From a virus: 50,347 bases of DNA. The DNA is taken from the IMG/VR virus record IMGVR_UViG_3300027660_000001; one strand, 5' to 3'. The notes beneath the pieces are model-generated. The model did no database searches and had not been told where the DNA came from. It saw nothing but the letters and a program-made list of their open reading frames with translations. The number at the start of each line of letters is the position of its first letter. Position 1 is the stretch's first letter. This document shows, one piece after another, positions 1 through 6,839 of the stretch. The translations under genes were made by a program, and so were the position numbers.

Positions 1-99
1 GTGGGGAGGGAGTGGAAATGAACGGCCAACCGAGTCTTCGAGGTACTGTCAGAGCGTACTGGGTGATTCTACTGGCAATTGGGCTGACCCTCGGGGTCA
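1..99. repeat. terminal direct repeat, copy 1 (99 nt, identical to 50249..50347)
   Basis: Read directly: nt 1-99 (gtggggagggagtggaaatgaacgg...gaccctcggggtca) recur exactly as the last 99 nt of the window. Unique length is 50248 nt. ORFs read through the junction in frame. Confidence 0.95.
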
Positions 100-179
100 T
101 CGTGATGGCTCTAAGCCAGCCGGCGAGGGATCTTTACTGGATGGAGCCAGAGAATGATGAAGGGAGGACGCTGAAATGA
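18..179 (+). CDS. small membrane protein (53 aa, one hydrophobic helix)
   Basis: Manual translation MNGQPSLRGTVRAYWVILLAIGLTLGVIVMALSQPARDLYWMEPENDEGRTLK, below the 60-aa cut-off of the ORF track. ATGA overlap with the ORF ending at 50269 across the circle junction, and ATGA overlap with the ORF starting at 176. Confidence 0.45.
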   Translation: MNGQPSLRGTVRAYWVILLAIGLTLGVIVMALSQPARDLYWMEPENDEGRTLK

Positions 180-406
180 TCGGGGTTAAAGCGAAGACAG
201 CCGACCAAGGGTCGGGGGCATCCCAGGGGGCGCAGAAGACCTACCCAAGGGCCGCAGGGCTCTTTTGGTTGGTTTTGCTCTTAGGCGGGTTTTGGGTTTG
301 GGAGTATTATCATCAGTTTGAGTTTCACAAGACAACGGTTGGGCGGCAAGAGTTTTTGTTCAGCTGTTCGAAGGTTACAGGGGAATGTAAGGAGCAAGGG
401 GAATGA
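176..406 (+). CDS. small membrane protein (76 aa)
   Basis: Track ORF. Hydrophobic stretch LFWLVLLLGGFWVW. ATGA start/stop overlaps on both sides (176 and 403). Confidence 0.55.
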   Translation: MIGVKAKTADQGSGASQGAQKTYPRAAGLFWLVLLLGGFWVWEYYHQFEFHKTTVGRQEFLFSCSKVTGECKEQGE

Positions 407-1896
407 ACGTTAGCATTTTAGATCAATTAGATGCCGGGGATGCCCCCGGCCAAGGGCCGGCCGAGACCCAGACCCGCTGGTCTGGGTTGCAACAGGCGAT
501 CTTCGAGGCGGTTAGAAATCCGCACGACAATCTCTTGATTCAAGCCGTGGCGGGGAGTGGGAAATCAACGACGATCATTGAAGCGACGAAGTGGGCGCCA
601 GGATCATCGCTGTTCATGGCTTTTAACAAGGCGATCGCGGAGGATATCAGACGAAAGGGGCCTGGGGCCGAGGTGAAGACTCTTAATGCCCTGGGGCATT
701 TGCTGGTGATGCGAAACAGGCCAGCCGCGACGCTCAACGCCCGCAAGACCCTCGAGATCTTGAAAAAGATCATGGGCGAGGGGCAGGATTTCAAGGACGA
801 TGGTTACACACTTTCGAGGGTGATAGGACTGGCAAAGAACTGTGCCTTTGGGCTCGAAGGGCCGCCGGATACCGAGGGCTTCATCTCGCTGATCGAGGCC
901 TACGCCTTTGACATTCCGTTCGACAAGCTAAGCTCTTATGCAACGATCTGCCGCGAGGCCTTCGAGCAATCCAGGTTGGACGAGACGACCTTCGACTTCG
1001 ATGACCAGCTCTGGCTGCCGATCTACAACCGCTGGACCTTTCCTTCGTACGATAATATCTTTATCGACGAATGCCAGGATCTGAGCCCGATCCAGCATCT
1101 CATGGCAGCCGAGCTACGCTCGGCGGCTAGCACAATGGAGGGAAGGATCGTGGCTGTGGGGGACAGGCATCAGGCGATTTATGGGTTCAGAGGAGCGAGC
1201 CATAATTCGATGGACGAGCTGAGAGTGCGCTTTGGGATGAAGGAGTTGCCTTTGAGCATTTCCTACCGGTGTGCGCAGGAGATTGTCCTAGCCGCGAGGG
1301 AATTCTGTCCGACGATCGAATGGCGGCCTGACGCGCCGCTAGGCGTAGTAAGGCACGCTGAGAGCGATCCGCAGATCTTCGGCCAGGTCATGATCGTGAG
1401 CAGAACGAACGCTCCGCTCTTCAGCGCTGCGCTGAGGCACGTGAGGGCGAAGGAGCCTTGTCGGGTGATGTCGAACTTCATAGAGTCGTTTCAGTCTTTT
1501 ATTCGAGGGTTCAAGGCCACGTACTCGAGGGATCTGATGGCGAAAGTAGATCGCTGGTTTGAGAGGGAGATGGAAGAGGCCCGGCGGCAGGGGAAGAAAG
1601 GCAAGATGCTGGGGCTGGTGGACAAGTACGAGACGATTAAGCTCCTAGCCGCCGAGTTCCACAAGGTCTGGGACATTCTGGAAATGATCAAGCGCCTCGG
1701 CGAATCTACCTCTGGGCCGATTTTCGCCACCATCCACAAGTCCAAAGGCCTCGAGGCCGACCATATCTACGTTCTGCGCCCGGATCTTCTCGGTGGTTTT
1801 GGCGACTTAACCCCTGAACAGCAGAAGCAAGAAGACAACCTCCATTACGTCGCCATCACTCGGGCAAAAGAATCCTTGACCTACGGAGCGAGATAA
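403..1896 (+). CDS. SF1 UvrD/PcrA-like DNA helicase
   Basis: 497 aa. Motifs read in the translation: Walker A AVAGSGKST, DExx-type FIDECQDLS, motif III YGFRGA, SISYRC, TIHKSKGLEADHIYV, motif VI YVAITRAKESL. Confidence 0.9.
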   Translation: MNVSILDQLDAGDAPGQGPAETQTRWSGLQQAIFEAVRNPHDNLLIQAVAGSGKSTTIIEATKWAPGSSLFMAFNKAIAEDIRRKGPGAEVKTLNALGHLLVMRNRPAATLNARKTLEILKKIMGEGQDFKDDGYTLSRVIGLAKNCAFGLEGPPDTEGFISLIEAYAFDIPFDKLSSYATICREAFEQSRLDETTFDFDDQLWLPIYNRWTFPSYDNIFIDECQDLSPIQHLMAAELRSAASTMEGRIVAVGDRHQAIYGFRGASHNSMDELRVRFGMKELPLSISYRCAQEIVLAAREFCPTIEWRPDAPLGVVRHAESDPQIFGQVMIVSRTNAPLFSAALRHVRAKEPCRVMSNFIESFQSFIRGFKATYSRDLMAKVDRWFEREMEEARRQGKKGKMLGLVDKYETIKLLAAEFHKVWDILEMIKRLGESTSGPIFATIHKSKGLEADHIYVLRPDLLGGFGDLTPEQQKQEDNLHYVAITRAKESLTYGAR

Positions 1897-1898
1897 CG

Positions 1899-2111
1899 AT
1901 GAGGCCTTGGTTTAAAAAGCGCCATACCTTTCGAGCTTTCAACTATAAAGGTGAGCTGGTTTCATCTACCTGGACAGAATCGCCAGTAACCTACCACGTC
2001 GAACGGGAGGCGTATCAGACTCGCTTAAACAAGGGCCATTTTGCCGAAGTACAAATCACCTCAAACGACCCTTGGGAACGAGCAGAAAATCTGGTTGCCC
2101 AGAAACCATAA
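1899..2111 (+). CDS. hypothetical protein (70 aa)
   Basis: Track ORF starting 2 nt after the helicase stop. No recognisable motifs. Confidence 0.55.
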   Translation: MRPWFKKRHTFRAFNYKGELVSSTWTESPVTYHVEREAYQTRLNKGHFAEVQITSNDPWERAENLVAQKP

Positions 2112-2126
2112 CGATTCAGAGGCGCG

Positions 2127-2143
2127 GCCTGCCGGAGGCAGGC
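2127..2143 (+). terminator. GC hairpin after ORF 1899..2111 (weak terminator candidate)
   Basis: GCCTGCC-gga-GGCAGGC, a perfect 7-bp stem. It lies 16 nt after the stop and 15 nt before the next -35 box. No clean U-tract follows. Confidence 0.3.
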
Positions 2144-2157
2144 GGCTAGCCCCTTTA

Positions 2158-2186
2158 TTGACATCGCGGGGCAGATGTGGTAGAAT
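2158..2186 (+). promoter_or_regulatory. sigma70-like early promoter
   Basis: TTGACA (2158-2163), 17-nt spacer, TAGAAT (2181-2186), preceded by gtgg. GGAGACT box at 2202 and ATG at 2215 follow. Confidence 0.6.
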
Positions 2187-2214
2187 GGTCGGGAACTTAA
2201 AGGAGACTACGAAA

Positions 2215-2511
2215 ATGCGACCGAAGACGAAGACTGATGAATGCTTACTCAAGATTGCTATTGAGGGCTGCCGCCGAAGAGGATTAGACGCAGAGGGGAT
2301 AGAGGCTATCAACTACCAACACCTGCATCCTGGAATAGGTCCTTTATTGCTAATTGTTTTCCATTGTGATGCTCCACAAGGAGGAGCGATTTACCTAGAT
2401 GGTAACGGGGAATGGACGGCTGAAGCGCAGATAGCAGAGTTTCGAGCTGCGGCTGAGGTTATAGCAGAACTGACCAAATCAGGTGACTTAAACGCAGGGG
2501 ATTTTGAGTAA
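2215..2511 (+). CDS. hypothetical protein (98 aa)
   Basis: Track ORF 2041..2511 trimmed to ATG 2215. That ATG lies downstream of promoter 2158-2186 and 6 nt after the GGAGACT box (2202-2208). Confidence 0.6.
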   Translation: MRPKTKTDECLLKIAIEGCRRRGLDAEGIEAINYQHLHPGIGPLLLIVFHCDAPQGGAIYLDGNGEWTAEAQIAEFRAAAEVIAELTKSGDLNAGDFE

Positions 2512-2523
2512 AGGAGACCATCA

Positions 2524-2742
2524 GTGAATCGAATGACAAAGCTCTTTCAGCAAAAGTCAAACCGCAAGTTTGATGAATACTTGCTGGCGAAGAAAAAGTC
2601 GTTGAGTGGGGTTATAGGCACTTCGCCTGCCATGCCTTATCCAACGATTCAGGACATTGTGGTAGCGGTTCTAAAGGCCGAGAGCGAAACCTGGGCGAAG
2701 GCGGCGGAGCTTTTGAGAAAAGAGGAGTTACAGCAGAAATGA
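2524..2742 (+). CDS. hypothetical protein (72 aa)
   Basis: GTG start 7 nt after the GGAG of aaaggagacc (2511-2519). An alternative ATG lies 9 nt downstream. Confidence 0.55.
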   Translation: MNRMTKLFQQKSNRKFDEYLLAKKKSLSGVIGTSPAMPYPTIQDIVVAVLKAESETWAKAAELLRKEELQQK

Positions 2743-3083
2743 GCGACAGACACTCAAACGACGGGCTACCGTTTTACTGCGAATTCTGTGGGGCAGGGTT
2801 TGGAGAGTTTATGGCTTGCGAAAGCATTGATTGTAAGCTCGAACCAGATTCTGCCGCCGACGCTAGAAGGCTGAGGTGGCTGGCTGTCAAGGGTAAAGTC
2901 CGCCGCGCAGCTCTGGGTATGTGGAGTCAAGAAGACTGTGAGGACGAATTGGAGGTCGTGCCAGCCGCCGACTTCGATCGTGCTCTGGCGTTTCTGAAAG
3001 AAGTTCGAGATAATCCTTCAGGAACGCATGTTATGGAGTGGCGAGGAAGAGTCGAGGCTTATCTGAAGGAGATCCGAGAATGA
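2739..3083 (+). CDS. hypothetical Cys-containing protein (114 aa)
   Basis: ATGA overlap with the upstream ORF. N-terminal YCEFCGAGFGEFMACESIDC cysteine cluster. Confidence 0.6.
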   Translation: MSDRHSNDGLPFYCEFCGAGFGEFMACESIDCKLEPDSAADARRLRWLAVKGKVRRAALGMWSQEDCEDELEVVPAADFDRALAFLKEVRDNPSGTHVMEWRGRVEAYLKEIRE

Positions 3084-3226
3084 ACATAGAACCTGAAGAC
3101 CAGCCAGGGGGCAAGTCGTCCCTCGATCCCTTTCTCGATACCTTCGAGGACGGGGAGCGATTCAATTCGGCCGAATGGCAGGACTGGCGGGATGCAAGCG
3201 ACAACCAACCCGAGGATGAAACATGA
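3080..3226 (+). CDS. small acidic protein (48 aa)
   Basis: Track ORF 3038..3226 trimmed to ATG 3080, which makes an ATGA overlap with the preceding stop. Confidence 0.5.
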   Translation: MNIEPEDQPGGKSSLDPFLDTFEDGERFNSAEWQDWRDASDNQPEDET

Positions 3227-3453
3227 AATTGCGGATAATTGAAGTTTTCGACGCCTCTCTGCACCCTTGGTATAGGCTACAGCGGCTGGAGAAAGGGATT
3301 TGGGAATACATTAATGGAGATACTTCGATAGAAGAGCTTACAAAGCAGGCCACGAGGATGCTTAATCATACTGATCCAACGCAAATGGTGGTGGTTAAAG
3401 AGTTTAGCTCAGAAAACGAACTCTTGGTTGACAACCCGCCGTTAGAGGTATAG
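3223..3453 (+). CDS. hypothetical protein (76 aa)
   Basis: Track ORF with ATGA overlap at 3223. Confidence 0.55.
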   Translation: MKLRIIEVFDASLHPWYRLQRLEKGIWEYINGDTSIEELTKQATRMLNHTDPTQMVVVKEFSSENELLVDNPPLEV

Positions 3454-3456
3454 AGT
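3428..3456 (+). promoter_or_regulatory. sigma70-like early promoter
   Basis: TTGACA (3428-3433), 17-nt spacer, TAGAGT (3451-3456). Overlaps the stop of ORF 3223..3453. GGAGATT box at 3522 and ATG at 3534 follow. Confidence 0.55.
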
Positions 3457-3533
3457 GCTCCCATGCGGCAAATTCGCCGGCGGCCGCTCAAAACGCCTGG
3501 CACGTAGAGCTTAATCCTAAAGGAGATTGCGAA

Positions 3534-4211
3534 ATGAGTGCAGTAGAAAGCGAAGTGAAGAACCTGACCAACGGGGCCTCGGAGGCTCCGAAGAAAGCCA
3601 AGAGCGAGGCGATTCAGGTACAGATGGAAGACGGATCGATTCAAGAGTTTACGGCGAAGCGGCTGATGAACAAGGACCACACGATTTCCGAAGACGGGAC
3701 GGTTACGCTTCATCTGGGATTCAAAAACGGGGTGATTCGCAACATCATCCTGCCGCCGACCATGATCCACAAGTTCGCCGCCCACGGGGCCGAGCAGAAG
3801 TATGGGGACGAACTCGCCGGGATTGTCAAACCTGGTGAAGCGATCGACATGGATGACGTGGTGCTGACCATCGACACCCTGGATGGGAATATACAGAAAG
3901 GGATTTGGTCGACTAGGGGTGCTGGCGACGGACTGGGCGGCACTTCGGTGCTGATCAAGGCTCTGATGGAATACGGCGGGAAGCCTCTGGAAGTGGTCAA
4001 GGCGTTCTTGAAAGACAAAGACGCGAAGTTCAAGATGGCTCTTCGCTTGGACGAGGAACATCGGAACAAAGCTGGGCTTACCATGGCCGAGATCGTGAAG
4101 AAGATCGAGGCAGAAAAGGCCGCCCGCGGGACCAAGGTCGATACCTCGGCCGCTCTGAGCGCCCTCGACGCGATGGAAGGAGGCGGGGAAGAAGTCGCAG
4201 CCACAGCTTAA
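3534..4211 (+). CDS. unknown-family early protein, paralog A (225 aa; paralog of 47431..48021)
   Basis: Own promoter (3428), strong SD and strong terminator (4276). Collinear similarity to 47431..48021 (HGAEQKYGDELAG vs HGWVQRLCDRAAM; IWSTRGAGDGLGGTSVLIKALMEY vs PWKMTGTAEKDGGLLFTALCEF; KVDTSAALSALDAME vs KVDTKSALGDLAALE). Confidence 0.75.
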   Translation: MSAVESEVKNLTNGASEAPKKAKSEAIQVQMEDGSIQEFTAKRLMNKDHTISEDGTVTLHLGFKNGVIRNIILPPTMIHKFAAHGAEQKYGDELAGIVKPGEAIDMDDVVLTIDTLDGNIQKGIWSTRGAGDGLGGTSVLIKALMEYGGKPLEVVKAFLKDKDAKFKMALRLDEEHRNKAGLTMAEIVKKIEAEKAARGTKVDTSAALSALDAMEGGGEEVAATA

Positions 4212-4275
4212 AGGCAGGCCGCGCTCACTGCCGAGTCCGCAGATGGTTTAGTCTCCTACTCGCGGGCGGAGATTA

Positions 4276-4312
4276 GGGCAGGGAGGGGAAACCTTCTCTG
4301 CCCTATCTTTTA
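4276..4312 (+). terminator. rho-independent terminator
   Basis: GGGCAGGGAGGG-gaaa-CCTTCTCTGCCC: a 12-bp stem including two G.U pairs with a GNRA tetraloop, followed by TATCTTTTAT. Confidence 0.7.
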
Positions 4313-4362
4313 TCCCCCGAGCCAGAGAGGCAAAGAGTTTCGCGGCTACCCCCAACTCTTGG

Positions 4363-4391
4363 TTGTGTACGTCCATAACCCATGGTATTAT
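4363..4391 (+). promoter_or_regulatory. sigma70-like promoter with extended -10
   Basis: TTGTGT (4363-4368), 17-nt spacer ending tgg, TATTAT (4386-4391). The 12-bp perfect palindrome ATACACGTGTAT (4390-4401) overlaps the -10 and the start site. Confidence 0.5.
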
Positions 4392-4395
4392 ACAC

Positions 4396-4470
4396 GTGTA
4401 TGGGACCGGATCGCAGCCTTTCTACCCTCGTCGCGGTCGGCACCTTGGCTACGATCTGCGTCCCATACAC
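4396..4470 (+). promoter_or_regulatory. structured 5' leader (long imperfect hairpin)
   Basis: GTGTATGGGAC (4396-4406) is the exact reverse complement of GTCCCATACAC (4460-4470). Inner ATCG/CGAT and CAGC/GCTA-type pairs extend the stem. It lies between the promoter and the SD at 4485. Confidence 0.45.
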
Positions 4471-4494
4471 TCTTTAAACCCAAAGGAGACTAAA

Positions 4495-4692
4495 TTGCGA
4501 ACAATTTCCCAAATGGTTTCGGCTCTGGACGAAATCGCAGGAGCGATCGAGGAAATCGGGGATGATCTAGAACTTCCCGAAGTCGATCGCCGGATTGATT
4601 GGCTGATGGACCACGTTGAAGAACGAAGGGAGCTGTCAGAGGCTGAGGACTCCGAAGAGGCTGAAGATGAAGATCTTGAAGAAGACGAATGA
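4495..4692 (+). CDS. small highly acidic protein (65 aa from TTG 4495; 59 aa from ATG 4513)
   Basis: Track ORF 4363..4692 trimmed. TTG 4495 lies 6 nt after the GGAG of aaaggagact. From the ATG, 27 of 59 residues are Asp/Glu (counted by hand), ending SEAEDSEEAEDEDLEEDE. Confidence 0.6.
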   Translation: MRTISQMVSALDEIAGAIEEIGDDLELPEVDRRIDWLMDHVEERRELSEAEDSEEAEDEDLEEDE

Positions 4693-4808
4693 TCCCTTTA
4701 CCCAACCAGCGGCCAAGGGCTCGCCCCCTTGGTGGCTCAGGGACGCCTCGCCTCGCGAAACCGCAACGCATAGACGCTTGACCAATCGCCTAACCCAGGA
4801 GACTAACC

Positions 4809-5207
4809 ATGAAATCTTCGAGGAATCCCTTAGACGTTCTCTTTCACGACATTCAAAGGGATCTGGACAACGAAGTCAGGGCAAAAAGACTTCATCGAAG
4901 CCAAGAACCACAGTTGTCCACGTATGCAAATCCCTTAAACTGGACCACCGGCCGAGTGATCGAGCTGATTCATCGGGACGAGGGGAGTCTGGGGAACTTC
5001 CAGGAGTTCTTCCACCGTCTAAGCCCCTCGGCCCGCCGCCTCCTTCCCGCCGCCGAAGGCCTAAGCCCCTCAACGACTGAACTCGTCTGGGGCGAATTCT
5101 GGCTTCATCCCAAGTTCCGCGCCCCTGAGCACGAGGATTCAGAGGCCGAGATTCGCGAGATTACCTTGCGCTTCCGTGAGCTAATGTCCGAAGCCTTCGA
5201 GGACTAA
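4809..5207 (+). CDS. hypothetical protein (132 aa)
   Basis: Track ORF. A GGAGACT box (4798-4804) lies 4 nt upstream of the ATG. Confidence 0.65.
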   Translation: MKSSRNPLDVLFHDIQRDLDNEVRAKRLHRSQEPQLSTYANPLNWTTGRVIELIHRDEGSLGNFQEFFHRLSPSARRLLPAAEGLSPSTTELVWGEFWLHPKFRAPEHEDSEAEIREITLRFRELMSEAFED

Positions 5208-5393
5208 ATGGCCCGGCCACCCCTGATTCTTCGACCGGTTAAGCTAACCACTCACCTTCCCGAAGATATCAGGGCAAAGCTCGACCTTTACCTCTATTCG
5301 CCCTCGGAAGGCCGGGTTCCCAAAGGGGCGTATCAAAAATTCATAACTGAACGGATTCTAGAATTCTTTGCTAACAGAGTAATTAAACCATGA
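5208..5393 (+). CDS. small DNA-binding protein, ribbon-helix-helix-like (61 aa)
   Basis: Starts directly after the preceding TAA. The N-terminal basic strand-like segment KLTTHLPEDIRAKLDLYL resembles the Arc/CopG RHH pattern. Assignment by eye only. Confidence 0.4.
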   Translation: MARPPLILRPVKLTTHLPEDIRAKLDLYLYSPSEGRVPKGAYQKFITERILEFFANRVIKP

Positions 5394-5617
5394 CGCTATC
5401 GCCTGAAGACCAGACGTTTATCACCCATCTGAGGCTCCGAAGTCTCCCTGGAGCCGCCGACCCGCCGACGCTCGAGGAGATGAAAAGGGCCATTCTGATC
5501 CTCCGTGGAAAGCGAATGGCCGCCGCGGGGGCCAACGCAGCCTCGGGGGCGAAGAAGTCCACCAAGCCCACTGCCGCCGCAATAGCCAACGCCCTCGCCG
5601 ACTTGGACGCCCTCTAG
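5390..5617 (+). CDS. hypothetical protein (75 aa)
   Basis: ATGA overlap at 5390. Ala-rich C-terminus. Confidence 0.5.
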   Translation: MTLSPEDQTFITHLRLRSLPGAADPPTLEEMKRAILILRGKRMAAAGANAASGAKKSTKPTAAAIANALADLDAL

Positions 5618-5623
5618 TGCCCC

Positions 5624-5797
5624 TTGAACTACCATCCCGACTTCGAAGCCGAATGCAGGATCTGTGGAGCCTCTCCGTGCGTAGTGGTGGACAACCATGA
5701 CCAGGGCGAGACCAACCTCTGCGGTACCTGCTTCTTCGGCGACCGGTCGATGATCGACTGGCAAGAATGGAATAGTGAGGTGGAAGATACTGAGTGA
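5624..5797 (+). CDS. candidate zinc-ribbon mini-protein (57 aa, TTG start)
   Basis: Manual translation (M)NYHPDFEAECRICGASPCVVVDNHDQGETNLCGTCFFGDRSMIDWQEWNSEVEDTE. Two CxxC pairs. Below the track cut-off. No clear SD and a non-ATG start. Confidence 0.35.
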   Translation: MNYHPDFEAECRICGASPCVVVDNHDQGETNLCGTCFFGDRSMIDWQEWNSEVEDTE

Positions 5798-5949
5798 GCA
5801 AGCAGAACAGGAAGTGGGCCAAGTACCTGCGCTGCGAGAAATGCGGATTGCTTTATTCGTCCCTGGTTGGGCGGATCAGTCGATGTAAGTGCGGGGGCAA
5901 GTTAAAAACCATAAGACCCAAGTTGAAGATAAAGGAGACTAAAGAATGA
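5794..5949 (+). CDS. candidate zinc-ribbon mini-protein (51 aa, GTG start)
   Basis: Manual translation (M)SKQNRKWAKYLRCEKCGLLYSSLVGRISRCKCGGKLKTIRPKLKIKETKE, with CxxC and CxC pairs. GTGA overlap upstream and ATGA overlap with the 5946 ORF. Confidence 0.4.
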   Translation: MSKQNRKWAKYLRCEKCGLLYSSLVGRISRCKCGGKLKTIRPKLKIKETKE

Positions 5950-6839
5950 ATTTTCCAGAATTGATCGATGCGTCGTTGCTTTCGGCTTTCAAATCTTGCC
6001 CTGAATTATGTCGCAAGACTTACTTCGAACATTTCAAGTCCAAAGCCCCTTCGGTCCATCTGCATGCCGGCGGCGCTTTTGCCTCGGGGATTGAAAAAAC
6101 CCGCACTTCGTTCTATGTCGAAGGCAAGGACTCGGAAACCTCCATCGCCGAAGGCATTGGAGAACTCCTCCGTTTCTACGGCGATTTCCAATGCCCTGCC
6201 GACTCGGCCAAGTCCGCCGAGCGAATGGCTGGGGCTTTCGAGTTCTACTGGTCCAACTACCCTCTCGACCACGAAAATGATCCTGTTATCCTCCCTGGAG
6301 GCAAACGTGCCATTGAAGTCAACTTCGCCGAGCCCCTTCCCGTTAGCCATCCTGTCACTGGAGATCCCCTTATCTACTGTGGCCGAATGGACGCCATCCT
6401 TAACTATGGTGGAGGACGTTATCTCACAGACGAAAAAACTACTACTCAGCTTGGGGCTTCCTGGAGCCGACAATGGGATCTTAGAAGCCAGTTCACAGGA
6501 TATGCGTGGGGAGCCAGGCAAATCGGGATTAAAGTGGACGGTGCGCTTGTACGGGGGATCTCGATCTTGAAGACGAAGTACGACACGCAACAGGCCATAA
6601 GCTATCGTCCAGACTGGGTGATAGATCGCTGGTATAGCGAAATGCTCGAGTGGGTGGAGGATTTGAAACGTTGCTTTGAAACTGGAAAGTGGCGGCATAA
6701 CTTCGATCACTCGTGCGCGGAGTATGGAGGGTGTCAGTTCCGCGAGGCTTGTTCGAGCCAGGATGAAACGCCTTGGCTGGAGACTTACTTTGAGCGAAGG
6801 GAATGGAATCCACTTTTGCGGATCGAGACGAAGTTGTGA
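5946..6839 (+). CDS. Cas4/RecB-like PD-(D/E)XK exonuclease with Cys cluster
   Basis: 297 aa. Shows GRMDAI ... YLTDEKTT (D...DEK), QFTGYAWG (QxxxY), an N-terminal SCPELC, and the C-terminal CAEYGGCQFREAC cysteine triad typical of Fe-S Cas4-type nucleases. Confidence 0.8.
   Translation: MNFPELIDASLLSAFKSCPELCRKTYFEHFKSKAPSVHLHAGGAFASGIEKTRTSFYVEGKDSETSIAEGIGELLRFYGDFQCPADSAKSAERMAGAFEFYWSNYPLDHENDPVILPGGKRAIEVNFAEPLPVSHPVTGDPLIYCGRMDAILNYGGGRYLTDEKTTTQLGASWSRQWDLRSQFTGYAWGARQIGIKVDGALVRGISILKTKYDTQQAISYRPDWVIDRWYSEMLEWVEDLKRCFETGKWRHNFDHSCAEYGGCQFREACSSQDETPWLETYFERREWNPLLRIETKL

Noticed and set aside
2041-2214. N-terminal extensions of track ORFs (2041, 3038, 4363, 6803, 15065, 17731, 43466, 45942, 47082, 47410, 48219, 49716 starts)
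   Set aside because: In each case the extension overlaps a promoter, a terminator or the upstream gene. A downstream start with a GGAG box or a 4-nt stop/start overlap fits better.
3498-3512. sigma54-like TGGCACG...GCTT element upstream of paralog A
   Set aside because: The GC of the -12 element is displaced by 2 nt relative to the TGGCAC-N5-TTGC consensus. A good sigma70-type promoter (3428-3456) already explains expression.
3366-4061. Long antisense or alternative-frame ORFs from the track (e.g. 3366-4061 -, 5968-6570 +, 6006-6710 -, 16018-16512 -, 31738-32322 +, 38068-38712 +, 38728-39381 +, 42352-42921 -)
   Set aside because: They lie fully inside stronger ORFs with clear motifs or synteny. 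Their Arg/Pro/Gly/Ser-rich composition is typical of shadow frames in GC-rich coding DNA, and they lack SD or coupling signals.
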